A DNA stretch of 64,000 bases from Phaeosaccion multiseriatum (lineage: Eukaryota; Protista; Ochrophyta, other classes): the NCBI GenBank assembly GCA_965112735.1, contig OZ218961.1:1674001-1738000 (forward strand). The letters run 5' to 3'. A program made the position numbers and the translations under genes. Shown here piece by piece: positions 24,402 to 38,438 of this stretch. Each line of letters begins with the position of its first letter. Position 1 is the stretch's first letter. Below the pieces are notes generated by a model. That model saw only the letters and a program-made list of their open reading frames with translations. It was not told the origin of the DNA and did no database searches.

Positions 24402-26977
24402 TGTGTCTGCGTCCGCTTCTTGTCCCCAGCTATGCCCCTCCCGAGACGACCTCCGGCCATCCAACGTCTTGATCTTCGAAGTCTTTCAGCTGGCAGGGCC
24501 GCGGAATGCGATGGACCGCGTTGTGGGGTGGGGAGCGCTGCCGATGGCCAGCCATGACTTTCAGGTGGTGCAGGGGCGCTTCCGCCTCCCGCTGCTGAGC
24601 GGTGAGCAAGATCCGTTGATTCAGCTGCACTGCACCATGGAGAAGCTGTACACGGAAGACTTGTCGGCTTGGCTGTCCAACATGTACGTTGAGGTGCGCC
24701 ACCTCCCCAAGGCCTTTTACAGGGATGGCACCATACACAAGGAGTACGACGTTGAGTACGATCACATCAACCGCCTCTTGAAGCTCGGCCCCACCGATCG
24801 AGAGGTGCGTGAGGGGCACAAGCGAAGGCACAGCTGCGCGGGAGACCATGCAGCCCTCATGGCTCTTGCTAAGACCGACAGCACGGGGGGCGGGGAGGGC
24901 AAGGGCGCCTGGTGGGAGAAGGCTGGTACTATCTTCCATCCCAGCCGGACTCTCGGAGATGCCAAAGGTGAGGACGAGAGTGCCGCAAGCAATGACCTCG
25001 AAGCGGGCAGCACGGCCCTCGAGGAGAGACGAAAAGACGACGAGGGCCCGCCCTTGGGGCAGGGGCAGGAGGACCAAGCCTGGGACGAGTCGCACATTTC
25101 GTCAGCCGAGGCTTTGCAGGGGAAGGGTGGCGCCCCTCGTTTGGCGGGAAAGAAGCGCGAAGAGGGCTCTAGATGGGACTTACCCGGGCTGGGTTTGGCG
25201 GGCGGAGGGGACAGCAAAAAAGCCGCTGCTGCTGCCGCTGCCGCAGCCTCGCATGCCAGTCACACTTGGCACAGACCGACCGAGGCCGCTGAGATGGAGT
25301 ACTACACGCTGGCAGTCGCTCCAAACCCAGGTAAGACTTAATATGGCGTGCATTTTAGTCGCAGTGTTGCTTCTGGAAACCTAAGTGTCCTATCGCCCAC
25401 CTCCCATGGCTGAGCGCAGGACGATCGTCCAAGCCGACGGCCCACGTGATGGTGCGCAACAAGCTGCGCTACATCCGACAGGAGCTGTTTATGGACCTCA
25501 ACCCGTCGTCCTGCCGCTCCCCCGACTACTGGCTTTCCATGGCCCTGCTGCTGATGGCGCTCTGGCTGCGCATGTATCTGCATTTCCTGGGGCAGTGGGC
25601 CTTCCTCAAGTATGAGAACGTTCCAATCTACGGCTTCAGCGTAAGTGCACACTCTCCTCCCTTCCCCAATGCCCCCAAAAAGCTTAGCTCTCTTTCATTC
25701 TTATTTCATCCCACACTGTCGTCCCGTCCTCTTGTCCAATTGGCCCTCGCCCGTGCCAGCCCACCGCATACGAGATTCCGCTCAAGTACATAGACACGTC
25801 GGTGACGCTGGAGCAGGAGATTGAGCTTGTGGTGTACGGCCCTCTCTTCGTCATGGCGTGCTTCGGCTTCTTGGTGGCCGCCGCGGCCGCGGGGAGGAGG
25901 GCCTTGGGCGGTATCCCCGAACTGGCCAGCAGATTCGTCGCCGCCTTTGGTGAGGCGGACCAAACTCTCATTGGAAACACACCCACCTCCCTCCCCCCCC
26001 CCGTGCTAATAAAACCCCAACCTCGCCGCGCTCCATTCGCTCCCCCCCGCTCCAGGCGTTGCCACTGTGCTCGACCCGCTGCTGATCTTTGCTGCAGACC
26101 TGATGCTCTCCAACTACGACTGCAACCAGCGCTGCAGCGACTACACAGCGTCAGGCTGCTCGTGCCACGAGGGGGACGCCTGGAAGGTGAGGAGCTTGCA
26201 TGTGCATCTCTGCACCCCTTTCTGTCTAGTCTCCTCGGCTGCTCCTTCACAAGGCGAATCGTCAAGACACTCAACTCTCCTTGCCCCTCCTCGCTCTTGC
26301 CTTGGGCAGATCCCGACGAGGCTGGAGAGAGAAGAGAGCTCTGCCATCAATGGCGTCCTCATCACCTTGACGGTGTATTCGATGCTCATGCTCTTCTCCT
26401 GTGGGGTACTGTACACTTACTTTCTGCATATGCACTTCAACGGGCGAATCCTGGACGCCTGGCGCCGACTCAATGGGTCCGAGAAGGACTTCTTCGTTCC
26501 CCACGACTTGTAAGTCCATTCAGAAGCACGGACGGCTGCAAAGGTCCCGTGGAACGTGCTCGCTTGGCTGCAACTGACATGCATACCCTTGTGTCCAATC
26601 ACGTTACTGACTTGTCCAGAGAGGTGTCCGTTGCCGAGCTGGACTTCATCTGCGCCCAAGCTCGGCGGTGGCAGGGCCCATCCGGGGCGAGACGAGAAAT
26701 TGTCGTCGCAGAGTACGACTACGAGCCCGCCAAGGAGGTGGGCGGCAGTCGCGCAAACGCGGAGGGCGCCCAGGAGACGACCTCCCACATTGCTATTTAC
26801 ACATGCGAAGTGGACGGGTCGCAAGTAATGCACCGGAGCTTCATGCAGGGCCCGGACGGAGTCATTGTGGAGCTGTTCGGCGACATTTGCGCAAACCTCG
26901 GGTCTCGCTTTCAAGTGCCGGACCAGCTCCTGTCGCGCAAGGCAGATGGACACTTCCAGAGCCTTCTCAGTCCATGA
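21600..26977 (+). CDS. OFCC1-like multi-pass membrane protein with acidic repeat N-terminus (about 10 exons)
   Basis: Exons join in frame through GT-AG introns (e.g. 21722-21819, 23393-23496). WNHVPQPIEVRIHMIRAAKDKLPKGKYVVLVSMAERLGG recalls the OFCC1 family; hydrophobic helices in the 3' exons. Confidence 0.7.
24355..24400 (+). repeat. (GT)n microsatellite within an intron
   Basis: Directly visible; lies in intron 24263-24429. Confidence 0.95.
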
Positions 26978-27000
26978 CGAAGACGCGTAATTGAATCAAG

Positions 27001-27914
27001 CTACCCCTGAGGTCCACTACCTCCACCTCTTCGCCACGGCAGCCAAGATGCCCAACGCGAGCGTTTCTCGCTTTGCTCGCTCTGCAGACGTCCATTTGCA
27101 ACACCGGGTTTATCGAAACTGCCTTTGAGTTGGGCGGCAACAGTCTCCTCCGTCTCTTCCTGTGGCACCAGGGCGGTACCACGACTGCCCTGCTCTTCTT
27201 CCCCCCCCCCCCCAAGTCCTTCTGCAGTATTCTCCTCCGCTGCAGCCATCTCAGACCAGGCCTTTTCCAGCCCTTCCCGCAGAGACATGCCGCGCGTTCT
27301 CTCCAGTTCCGCCTCGAGAGACAGGCCCGATCCTTTCCAGCCCAGCTTGGCGAGCTGTTGGGGAACCTTTTCGTGCATCAAGTCGCTGAACTCTCCAATG
27401 CTGTCCACACTGTGTGTGGCATTCGGAATGGATGCGCGGGGTGGGTTAGTTTTGTGAGTTGGGCGTCACTTTCAAACGAAATGGGGGGCTGACTAGCCTG
27501 GGACCTCACTCACCCAAGCACTCTCGACGCGACGAACACCCCAAGACCACAGGAACTAAAGCTCAGGAGTGTGCCATACCCAAACGCTTTCAACACCAGC
27601 GCCTGATTGCCGCCGCTCAAGCCGTCCTTGGGCGCGTGCTCTCGGAGCTGTGTCCGAAAGCCTCTGTAGCCGCCCAAAGCCACAGTCAAAGCACAGCCAG
27701 CGCCAAACAGGTACCAGTAGCCCATGCTCAGGTCAGGCGCCGCCCGCCTCTCAGCTGGTCTGAGGCTTCTGGGGTAGTTCAAGCTCAGGTCTGCCCCCCC
27801 TTGCCTCTGCGTAGTTGGTATCCTGCCTTTTGGGTTTGCGGGGGCCTGCTCTAGCGCCTGGTGCGGATACTTGGAAGCGTCAAGCTGGTCCCGAGGTAAG
27901 CGTGGGGAAGACAT
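27001..27914 (-). CDS. TMEM242 (DUF1358)-like small membrane protein, 2 exons (intron 27410-27513); start uncertain
   Basis: Spliced LVLKAFGYGTLLSFSSCGLGVFVASRVLG|VDSIGEFSDLM resembles the TMEM242 ALGWG..LGVHS..DF motif. Confidence 0.6.
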
Positions 27915-28370
27915 GGAGGGAGAAGAGAAGTAGAGGATGATAAGGGATTAAAATGAGCAGAAGGACACACGGGGGGGGGAAACAAAAAGGGTAAGGGAGA
28001 ATGGGGAGACGAGAGAGAAGAAGAAGAAGAAGAAGAAGAAGAAGAGAGAGAGAGAGAGAGAGAGAGAAGAAGAAGAAGAAGAAGCTGCGGGCGTGTATGC
28101 GTATGTGTGTGTATAGTGTGTATGTGGGGCGGCCGCCGGCGGACAAATCTCACAAACGAGTGGTATATGACCAACATGCTAACAAACTCTTCCCCCCTTC
28201 CTTTCCCTTTTCCCGCTTCCCTCCATTGTCTGGACTAGCATGAATAAGTTCTCGGAGATACCAAAGGAGCATAGAGGCGGTAATAGGTGCTATGCAGCAG
28301 CAAGAGAAGCGTGCAAAGAGGAGGGAAACAAAGGAATTAAGAAATAGTGAGTCCAACTGCCGGTGACGAG

Positions 28371-31300
28371 ATGAAACCTTCGGCCGCTGGAGGAGGAGGA
28401 AAGAGCGAGCCTGTGCAAGTGATTGTACGGGTGCGCGGGGAGCCCCCTCTTCAAGAACTCAAACCGCTCAATGAGGCTGCGGCGCAGAATGGACCCACTC
28501 TGCTGGTGAAGGATGCCAACACCGTGGCGCTTCTCCCTCTATATGGACATTCCGGAGTGGGTTCGGGCAGCAAGAACTCGAACAGCAAGGTCAAGCCCCC
28601 GACTGAGACCAAGCTGTTCTCCTTCGACAGGGTGCTCAATACAAAGGCGGTCCAGGAGGATGTATATGACATTGCCCGCCCGCTCGTGGTGGGCGCGGTC
28701 GAGGGCTACAACAGTACCATCTTCGCCTATGGTCACACGTCTTCGGGTAAGACATACACCATGGCCGGGACCCCCGCTCAGCCTGGCATAATCGCTCGGA
28801 CCGTTCAGGACGTGTTTGCCATGATTGGGAGAGTCACGGCGGCGGATCCGGATGCGATTTTCTTCGTGCGCATGAGCTACGTTGAGTTGTACAATAACAA
28901 CTTTAGGAATCTTCTGGATGGGGTGGCGGAGCGGCTAGGTAAGCAGTGGGAGCGTCAGCGCACTCCTCGAGCGCCGCGAGAGCGGCCCGCGCACAGGACA
29001 CCAGACGGGCGGCAGCAGCACCAGCACCAGCACCAGCAGCAGGACGACGCGGAGCAGCAGCAGCAGCCGCAGCAGGACGTGGAGGCCGGCTCGAAGTTTG
29101 ACAGTCCGTCTTCTACGCACCCGAATCTTGTGCGGAATGGTAAGATCGAAGTGCGTGAAGACAAGACGTCCGGGGTGTTTCTGTCCGGACCCAATCTCCG
29201 CAACACCGTCACCAGCGCAGAGGAAGCCATGCAGCTGGTCGCGGCTGGCGATGTGCACAGAGCGGTTGGCTTGACTAACTGCAACGAGCACTCCAGTCGG
29301 AGCCACGCCATCCTTACGATCCACATTGAGAGCCAAAAGGGCAGGGGCGAAGACGTGCAAGCGCGGCTGGGCAAGATTCATCTGGTGGACTTGGCTGGCT
29401 CTGAGCGACTGACGCTCTCCAAGGCACAAGGCGACCGACTGGTGGAGGCTCAGAGTATCAACCTCAGTCTGTCTTCGCTGGGCAATGTCCTCGCTGGCCT
29501 CTCTCGGAGGGCGATGGACGAGTCGGACAGGGCCCCGATCCCCTACCGCGACTCCAAACTCACCTTCTTTCTCAAGGACAGCTTGGGTGGGAACAGCAAG
29601 ACCCTCATGATTGCCACCCTTAGGACCCTGGCGGAGTACCATCGGCAGAACCTCGTCACTCTGCTGTACGCGAGCCGTGCCAAGAGGATTCAAAACCAGA
29701 CGCATCTCAACATGGACACCAAGGGCGAGTCCGACATTCGCCTTGTGGCCAGGCAGATCGAGGACCTCAAACACCGCCTGCAGCAGCGCACGATGGCTCT
29801 GAACGAATTGTCCATGGTCAACGAGGACAATGCTGACCTGAGGGCGCGGCTGCAGCGCATGAGCAATACCAATACTGAGGAGAAAGCGGAGCTGGAGTCA
29901 AGACTGGCGGTGAGTGAGTTCTTCAAACAAGAGCTGCTCTGCGTTGCTTGGGGCCTCGTTCTCTCTTTACTACCACTAGATTGGCACTCATTAACTGGAT
30001 GGTCTATCTCTTTCTCTCTCTCTCTCTCTCTCTTATCGTCATCGAAAATCCCCAAACACCCGTCCCCTCTTCTTCCCCATGGACTGACAGGGTGTTATCC
30101 ATAGCCAGAGGGGGCAAATGGAGCAACAGCGGGACCAGTTTACCTCTCTACAAAGCCGATTGCACACAGAACTAGGGGCGTATCAGCAGCGTTGCGAAGA
30201 GCAGCAGCGCCAGATTGAAGCGCTGCAGGAGCACATTGGACAGGCGCCAAAAGCGCTGCGGCCTGGCGAAGCGGAGGAGATGCAGCGCGTCCTGGAGGCA
30301 TGGCAACGCCACGCCACAGCCGCGCAGGAGGAACTCAACGCGAATGTGGGCAAACTGCAGGAGAGTGTCCGTCGAGAGGCAGCGCTTGTTGGGGTGCTGC
30401 GGCTGGTGGGCCGTCAGCTGGGGGTGGATGAGGGCGCCATGGAGGGACAGACAGAAGAAGAAATGCTGGCTGCCTTGCTTCAGAAGATCACTCGAGCAGA
30501 GGAATGTCGCCAGCAGACCGACAAGGACGTACTCAGAAGTGCAGAGCAGCTTGCGGAGGCCCGTCAAGCTTCTGAACGTGCCATTTCGGAAATGCGTAGT
30601 GAGATGGGAGAAGAAAGCGCCGCTTTGAGCGGAAGGGTTCAGGGCTTGGAGGAGGAGCTCGAGACTCTCCGAAAGACCGCTGCTACTCGACTGGAGGGGG
30701 CTGTGAAGGAGGCTGTAAGCGTGGGAAGAGCCGCGGAAAGGGCTGAGCTGAACACATCGCGTACGGCGCTGGAGCAGGAGAACGAAGCCCTCAAGGCTAA
30801 GATGCACACTTTCGAAGGCATGCTCAGCGGCGTGGCAACCGACACCAAGAGACTAGTGGCAGGCAAAGACTTGAAGTTGGCAGAGATGGAGAAACGCTGC
30901 AGCATGCTCGAAGCGAGTAGGAAGGAGGAGGAGCTCAGGCACAGCACCAAGCTTGCTGCTGTGATAGACGAGTGTGCCCAAGCGAAGGAAAGAGATCTCC
31001 GCGTGGCACACGAAGCTCTGCAAGAGTCCTTCTCTCAAGAGCAAGAGTCCCTGATTAGGGGGGCGGTACTGGAGCGGGAGGCGGAGCTTCTCGCTGAGTT
31101 TGAGACCAAGTCTGCGGAGCTTCTCGCTGAGTTTGAGACCACGTCTGCGAGAGAGGCATTGGAGCACAAGAGGGAGCTGCAGCACGCCCTCGCACTCGCG
31201 TTGGAGGAGCGACGCGTAGAAGTGGAAGCGGTACAGGGGAAGTGTAAGTCTCTCGCAAAAGCGCTGGAGGTACAAGGCGCAAATGCGGAAAATACCGAGG

Positions 31301-34300
31301 GAGAGCTTGCAAGGGCCCTGAGTGCGGCACGCTCCAGCCATACAGAGGAGGTGAAGAGACTAGAACAGATGAACGAGGATCTGAGGGCCGATGTGGGCGC
31401 TCTAGGACAGAAGATAGAACACGCAGAGCGATTGAGGGCAGCTGAGACAATGGCACAGCAAGTCCGTGCTACAGAGAAATTGGCAGAGGCTGCAGAAGAG
31501 TGCCAGTCTCTTCGCCAAACCCTCGAGGAGGAGAGGTTGCGATGCGAACAACTCGCTGATCTTGTTACTGCCCACAAGGGGGAGCTGGAGCAGGCTAGGC
31601 AGGAGGGTGTGGCCATGCGAGATGCGGCACTGACACGCGCCCACGCCGACTGTGCAGTGACAATCGAGGCTGAGAAGGAGGCGCTGATGGCCGAGGTGGA
31701 GCAGGACAAGGCGAGGGCGTTGCAAGCGGCCGCGCACGAGCGACAGACTGCAGTGTCCGAGGCTACTGCTACTGCTATGGCACAAGCTGAGGCCCAGGTT
31801 GCGGAGGGAGAGAGGCTCCTGGAGGCCGCTCGGCGTGAGGCAGAGAAGAAACAGAGAGAACTCCAGCGTAAATTGAGCAGAGAAAAGGAGGAGAGAGAGG
31901 CACAAGGTATGAAACTGAAAGAGATGACGACGGAGTGGACAGAGAGGGAAGCCGCTTTTTCTCAGAATCTATCTGAGGCTCGGGCAAACCACGCGGAGGA
32001 GTTGACAAGAGTAGCAGCAGATGGTGCACAGCTCCAGAAGCAGGCCCAGGACGAGTTCGAGGAGCAGCTGAGGGCGTCCGAGGCTAAGCGCCTGCTCTTC
32101 GTGGAGGAGGCTGCGACAAGGCTTCAGCGGTTGGAGCAAGATTTGTGTAGTACTGCAGAGGAGGGCAGGGCTGTTCGTCAGACCCTTGAGGAGGCGACGC
32201 TGCAACACGAGCGAGACCTCCTGGAAGCTGCAGCGGCACATGCAGAAGAGCTGGAGCAGGCCAGACAGGAAGGCGTGGGCATGCGAGATGCGGCACTGAC
32301 GCGCGCCCAAGCCGACTTTGCAGCGACGTTCGAGGCTGAGAAGGGGGCGCTGATGGCCGAGGGGGAGCAGGACAAGGCGACGGCGTTGCACGCGGCCGCG
32401 CACGAGCGACAGGCGGCGGTGTCCGAGGCTGTTGCTTGTGCCATTGGAGCCTGTGCGGAGGCCCAGGCCGCGGAGGAAGAGAGGCTGCTGGAGGCTGCTC
32501 GGCGCGAGGCAGAGGCGAGAGAGGCACAGCACGCACAGGAGATGGACAGACTCGTCAAGAGGCTTGATGGAGAGATGAGAGAGGCCCTCAAGTCTGCCGT
32601 CGCCGAGCGAGAGCGGCAGGTGTGGGCAAAGGCAGATGCGACGCGGACTGCGGCGGTGGACGAAGCTTTGAAGCAAGAGAAGGAGAGGTGGGAAGCAAAG
32701 CTGCGTACGCAAGGGGAGGTAGAGGCGGCACTGCACCAGGAGATGGCTGCACTGACTGAGCAAAGCAAAAAGGAAGCTGCAATGGCGGAGAGTGAGAGGG
32801 GTTCGTTGTTTTCAAGGCTGGAAGCGCTGGAGGCTGAGAAGGTCCGGCTGGCCTCTGACATTGAGATGATGAAGCAGAGGTGGCTGGAGGAGGAAAGGAG
32901 CAGGGTCGCATCAGAGGCGAGCCATGCTGAGGAGATGCGAAAGAGCGAAGAAGGGCACGCAAAGTACACGACCAGCTTGCGAGCCAAAGTGTCGGCTGTG
33001 GAGGCCAGGCACTTGGAGGCGCTGCAAGATGCCGACGCGAGGCACGCTGAGGACCTTGCCCGGTGCCGTGCGGAGGCCTCAGAGACTTGTGCGGCACTTC
33101 GTATTGAAGCAAAACTCCAGGCGGAGGCTCTCCGGCGGGAAGTCGAGCGACTGAGAGCCGAGAAGGAGAGCGAGCTCGGCGCCGCGAGAGATAGTGTGCG
33201 ACAAGAGCAAGAAGAGCTCCAGCTAGCCAAAGCCGCTTCTCACCAGAAAGAGCTCCTGGAAGCTGCAGCGGCACATGCAGAAGAGCTGGAGCAGGCCAGA
33301 CAGGAAGGCGTGGGCATGCGAGACGCGGCACTGACGCGCGCACTAGCCGACTGTGCAGCGACGTTCGAGGCCGAGAACGAGGCGCTGATGGCAAAGGTGG
33401 AGCAGGACAAGGCGACGGCGTTGCACGCGGCCGCGCATCAGCGACAGGCGGCGGTGTCCGAGGGCACTGCTGCCGTCATGGCACAAGCAGCAGCGGAGCA
33501 AGAGAGGCTGCTGGAGGCTGCTCGGCACGAGGCAGAGGCGAGAGAGGTACAGCACGCACAGGAGATGGACAGACTCGTCAAGAGGCTTGATGGAGAGATG
33601 AGAGAGGCCCTCAAGTCTGCCGTCGCCGAGCGAGAGCGGCAGGTGCGGGCAGAGGCAGATGCGACGCGGACTGCGGCGGTGGACGAAGCTTTGAAGCAAG
33701 AGAAGGAGAGGTGGGAAGAGGAGCTGCATGCGGTGAGACAGACGCAAGGGGAGGCACAGGCGGCGCTGCGCCAGGAGATGGCTGCACTGGCTGAGCAGAG
33801 CAAGAAGGAGACGGAAGCGCAGCAAAGGGAGGCTGGAGCAGCGGCTTTGCGCCACGCTGCCGTGTTGGAATCTGTTGACGTGCTGAGGGTGGAGAAGGGT
33901 ATGATGGAGAAAGCACTCGAGGAGCAGCGCCGACACGAGGAAGTGCGGGCAGCGGAACTGAACTGCAAGATCAATGCCCTTGAGGCCGAGAAAGTGCGCA
34001 TTGTGGCTCAAGGTGATGCGCGCCGAGAGGCGGAGAGGGCGGAGAAGGCGGTCTTGACGGAGGCGTTGGAGAGCCTACGTACGGACAGCGTCAAGTGCCG
34101 CGAGGAGAGAGAGCAGGAAGTGGGGCGCTTGACGCAAAGGCTGTCGGAGAAGAAACTGCAAGAAAGTGAGCTGCGCAAGGCCTTGGATAGGCAGCACAAG
34201 GAGCACCAACGCGTGGTGGAGCAGTTCAGGAAGGAAAGGGCGCGTCTCTTGCAGGAGCACGAAGCCCGTCTGGAATCTGCCCTACGAGACGCCGTGCGGG

Positions 34301-34974
34301 GAGTGGAGCAGGACTGGGAGCGGAGCATTGTACACATTCAGCAGAGCCGTGTGGCAGCTTTAGAGCGCCAGGCCGAAGCGGCGATCAGAGAGGCGGTCGA
34401 GACGAGCAACCTCGAGGCTAAGCTCGCCGCGGAGCACGTGGCCCGGTCTCATGATGCAACTCTGCACGGCATGAGGGCCGCCTGGGCAGACGAAAGGGCC
34501 CTCCTCGTTGGCGAATGCCGAAAGCTGCGAGGACATGTCGGAGAGAGGAGCAAGGAAGTGGCCGAGGTGCGACAGGCCGAAATGCGCGCTCTGGAAGCGT
34601 CGCAACGGCACGAGCAGCTCTTGGCAAGACTGCAGCGCGAGAATGAGGAGCTGGTGGAGCTTTACGAGAAGCAAGTTAGTGAGTGCGCCACGATACGCAG
34701 ACAGAGCGAGCATCGCATTGTGACTGTGGAACGGCAGCAGCAGCAGCAGTACTTCCCACCTTCACCGCCTCCCAACGTTCCCTCCACCCTGCCTGCCCCA
34801 TGCGTGGAGAGACAGCTCATGGGAATGGAGGACTTAAGCGGACAGATGAGGAGGCAAGCCAAAGCCTATGCGACCAAGCTCCAGCGCCAACACAAGGCCT
34901 GCGTGCTGGAGAGGGAGCAAAGACTGAAGGCCGCCGAGATTGAATTTGCAAGGCTCAGAGTTGCAAACCATTAA
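28371..34974 (+). CDS. N-terminal-motor kinesin with very long coiled-coil tail, 2 exons (intron 29910-30090)
   Basis: YGHTSSGKT P-loop, NEHSSRSH, DLAGSE, IPYRDSKLT; the phase-0 intron joins the motor ORF to the 1618-aa coiled-coil ORF in frame. Confidence 0.93.
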
Positions 34975-35098
34975 TTAATTGGCTAATTTTCAGAAGTTTG
35001 TACATGTCTCACTCTCTCTCTCTCTCTGACAATTGTCTTCTCGTGACAGCAGAGCAGCACAGACGCATTTTGTGGCAAATAGGAGCGTGTGATGCTCA

Positions 35099-36295
35099 TC
35101 ATTTTTTGTGATTGATCTCCCCTCCGTGAATCGAGTACCCTCCGTAGTCCTTCTTGGGGTCGTATATCTCCCAGCGACTCGCTGGAAAGATGTGCTTACT
35201 CCGTTCATACCACCGTCTCTCCACAATCTTGCCGGGATGACTCTCGTCCTTCTCCACTGTGGCGTCGTTGATAAGTCGCACGTCGTCGTGCACGTCGAAG
35301 TGAAACAGAGGGCCGGACTTGCCTCGCGCCTTGGTGACGATGAGGTCGTAGAAGGAGAGGTGCTGAGGGATGATGAGATCCTCCTTGATGTAAAGCAATT
35401 GGTCCCCGCTGATGGACCGCAGCTCCGTAAACTCTTGCGAGATTTGCTTCTGCACTTCCGTTAGAAACTTCCCCACTGTGGTGCCCTTGCACACTTCTAT
35501 TTCCCTCCGATGTCCGCTGCCGTCCCAGTAACTGTACGTGATGCCCAACATCTCCTTCTTGATGCGCTCCTGCTCCGCGTGCCACTCTTCCTCCAGCTTC
35601 TTCTTCTCTCTCTCGAACTGGTCTTCTCTTTCTCGATCTGGTAGGAAAGATGTGTCTACAAACGGGTTCTTCTTGCCCTTTTTGACCACTTCTGTCTCGC
35701 CTTCGTCCTCATCCTCCCCAAAGCTGAGAGTGCCCACCTTCTTCTTCCTTTTCTTCTTGGCGCCCTTCTTCTTGGCCTGCCGCATGTGTGTGGTTTGTGT
35801 GAGTGAAGAGTGTGAGCGTGTGTGAGTGCCGGTTGTACGTAAGCGACCACCCGCAACAAGCTCCCAACCGCTTGTCTCACCTTGGCGGCACTGCCACTGT
35901 CCCCGTCCGCGCCTGGAGCCAGCCCACTTTCTGCCGCCAATCGCTTCTTTTTGTAGTCTTCCGCAGTGACCAGCCCCACGGTATCCATCCTGAAAGACCC
36001 GTCGAAAACATCGGAAGAGGCGCCTCCAAATTTGTCGCTGATACTCACTGCCCCCCGAGCAAAGTCGTCCTATTGGAGGGAGAAACAGCATTGGCATCTA
36101 TCTGTGAGAAACGCACCATAAACTCAGGGACATTATTGCGTGAGTGACCTGGATCTTTTGTTTCTTGGCCTCGTACTCCTTTTGCTCCTCTTCTCTCTTC
36201 TTGGACAGACGAGCGGCCCGTGCCCCCGCAACATTTCCTTCCACTGTGTTAATCCCCGCATTCTCTCTCTTGAAGGCGTCGTGATGAGCGGCCAT
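35099..36295 (-). CDS. FAM50: FAM50/XAP5 (XCT) family nuclear protein, 3 exons
   Basis: [54 protein letters not shown]. Confidence 0.95.
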
Positions 36296-36840
36296 TGCGC
36301 CTCTGCTCTGCCTTCACCAGGCCCCTTGCTTAGTGTTTTACGCTGGAAGAAAAAGAGCGGAAGGCCGGCGATCTCCCCTCTACACAAAATCTTCACTCTT
36401 TCTCCTCCAGTGAGAAGAAGAGAAGGGCAAACTGGAGGACATCGACGAAGAGAAGGAGAGGGGGGTGGAAGGAGAAGAGCAATGAGGGCGGCGTGTGAGA
36501 CTTTTATCCGCCTCGAACATTACCTGCACGATACGAATAGAATCCAAAGAAGGCAAGAGAGTGAGCCCGTTCGCTGGATATCTCTACGGAGGGACGGAGG
36601 CGCTGGAGAGTGGGGGGGGTGGGAGGTATCAGCTTCAGTAATTCGCCCTCGCGGGGTTGGATTGTTAAAAGCATACTACCGGTGAGAGGGGCGTATTATT
36701 AGGTTAAGGTCGAATGAACTGAACCGAACAACCCCTTCTCCCACACTTCCTTCTCTAAGCATCTCAAAATCTGTATTTACACTGACTGTGGACCATCCGA
36801 TAGGGCGGACTCCCTGCTGTACACCTCACTCGCTCTGTAT

Positions 36841-38033
36841 CTACTCAATTTCTATCACCTCGCAGGGTTCCGGGGGCTTGTACCCCTTCCGACTACTGCA
36901 AGGGGCCGTCTTCTTCCCCTCCTCCTGTCCTCTCCACGCGCGCGGCAGGGCTCCACGCTGGGCTCCACGCTGGTGGGCTTGCACGCCCCCCTCTTCCCGT
37001 TTCCTTGCATCGCCACCAGCAGCCGCAGTGGCTCCGGCAGCACCAGCGACGGCGGAAGGCTTTGCGTCTCTCTCTCTTTCCTCTCTGTCCAGTTTCTGGT
37101 GGAGCAGGCAGGGGATAGAAAGGAGAAAGGGTGGGGGGGGGGGGGGGGTTCTGAGTACCAAGCCCCAGAGGAGAGTTTTGGGTATCGTGGCGATTTGGGT
37201 ACGGTCGACCCCTCCCCCCTCACCTCTGCCATCTCCCTGTCGCTCTGCTCCAACTCCCGCTTCTCACTAATTTGGGACAGAGCGGCTTCTTGCTCTTCTT
37301 CGAGACTCTGCAGGTCCTTGCCCTCTTCGCTCAACAGCGCAAGCGCCTTTTCCTGGGCATCTTTATCGGCGATCTCAGCAGCTTTCCTCCTCTTGGCTGA
37401 AGAGAGAGCAAGAGAGACAGGAGGAGGGGAGTGGGATGTTTGCAGTTAGTGCGCCCCCCTGTCGTCACCGCAAGAAGCAAACGAGCACGCACCTTCGTGT
37501 TCTCTCTTCAGTTCGCCCTCCTCTCCGCTTTGGTGCAGTCCTGGGCGAGGGCCGGTTTCGTCGGGTTTTCTCTTACGGAAAGCTACCGCCTTTGCCTGCG
37601 TTTGAGCCGGGCAGCAGCATTAGTAACAGCGACACGCCACGCGCAGTTGCTTTTGAAGTAGGGCTCCCACTCCTCGACCAGGTACTCACCAATAAGACTG
37701 TGTCCACGTTCTGCAGACTCTTGTCTTTGAGTTTCTGCGTGAGGCGCCTCCTGTGGCTTCCTGCAAGACTACAGTAGGAGCAAACAGTCGTGCCGGTCTC
37801 TTCGAAGAATCTCTTCATGCACGTCTCGCTGGAGGAAGGTGAAGACGCGAGCGAGGATTAAAATTTGAGAAACTCCCTGCCCTTCCAGAGGGTGTCCGCA
37901 CTTACCAGATCGGAGTCTTGCAGCAGTCTAGCTGCCGGGGAACTCGCTCCTCACCGAACATTTCTTTGCAAGTCTGACAGGTGACATCCTCCTCACAAAC
38001 CACCTCTTGCCCTCGTGCTCGCCCCCCCTCCAT
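36841..38033 (-). CDS. N-terminal RING-finger protein with charged helical tail, 5 exons
   Basis: Spliced CQTC...PRQLDCCKTPICETC...VCSYC (intron 37829-37905); downstream exons join in frame to a stop at 36841. Confidence 0.7.
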
Positions 38034-38438
38034 TTCTCCACCCTGTCTCGCGCCTCGCTCTCCCTCTCAAAGGCTTTTCCTCATAACATCTTCCTCATGA
38101 GGCAATCCATTCGTCTGCTTCCCGCTGCTATTGGTCCATGCGCTCTTTCCCCTGCCCCTCCCCTTGTATGCTCTATGCTCAAAGTGATATGCTCCCTCAA
38201 GCAAAACAAAAGACCAAACCGTTACGTAGGCCTACGTAATTTTTTGCAAAGCCATTCCACGCGGCCCTACATCCCTGGAGAGACTTCGTTTCAGCCAAGC
38301 CTTCCGCCTACCACATCACGCACGCGATTGCCCCCTCTCGATAGAGGATCCGTAAGAGGGTGGGGCTCGGAAAGCTTGTGTAACCGGCTGGCTGCTTAGT
38401 GCTGCTGCTGCGGCTGTTGTTGCTAGGGAGGGAACACC

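Noticed and set aside
24127-24430. ORF with a CVCVCV tract
   Set aside because: Read-through of a (GT)n-containing intron of the OFCC1-like gene.
30172-34862. Many long antisense ORFs opposite the kinesin (similar ones lie opposite other coiled-coil genes)
   Set aside because: Expected shadow frames of GC-rich Glu/Ala/Leu-biased coding sequence.
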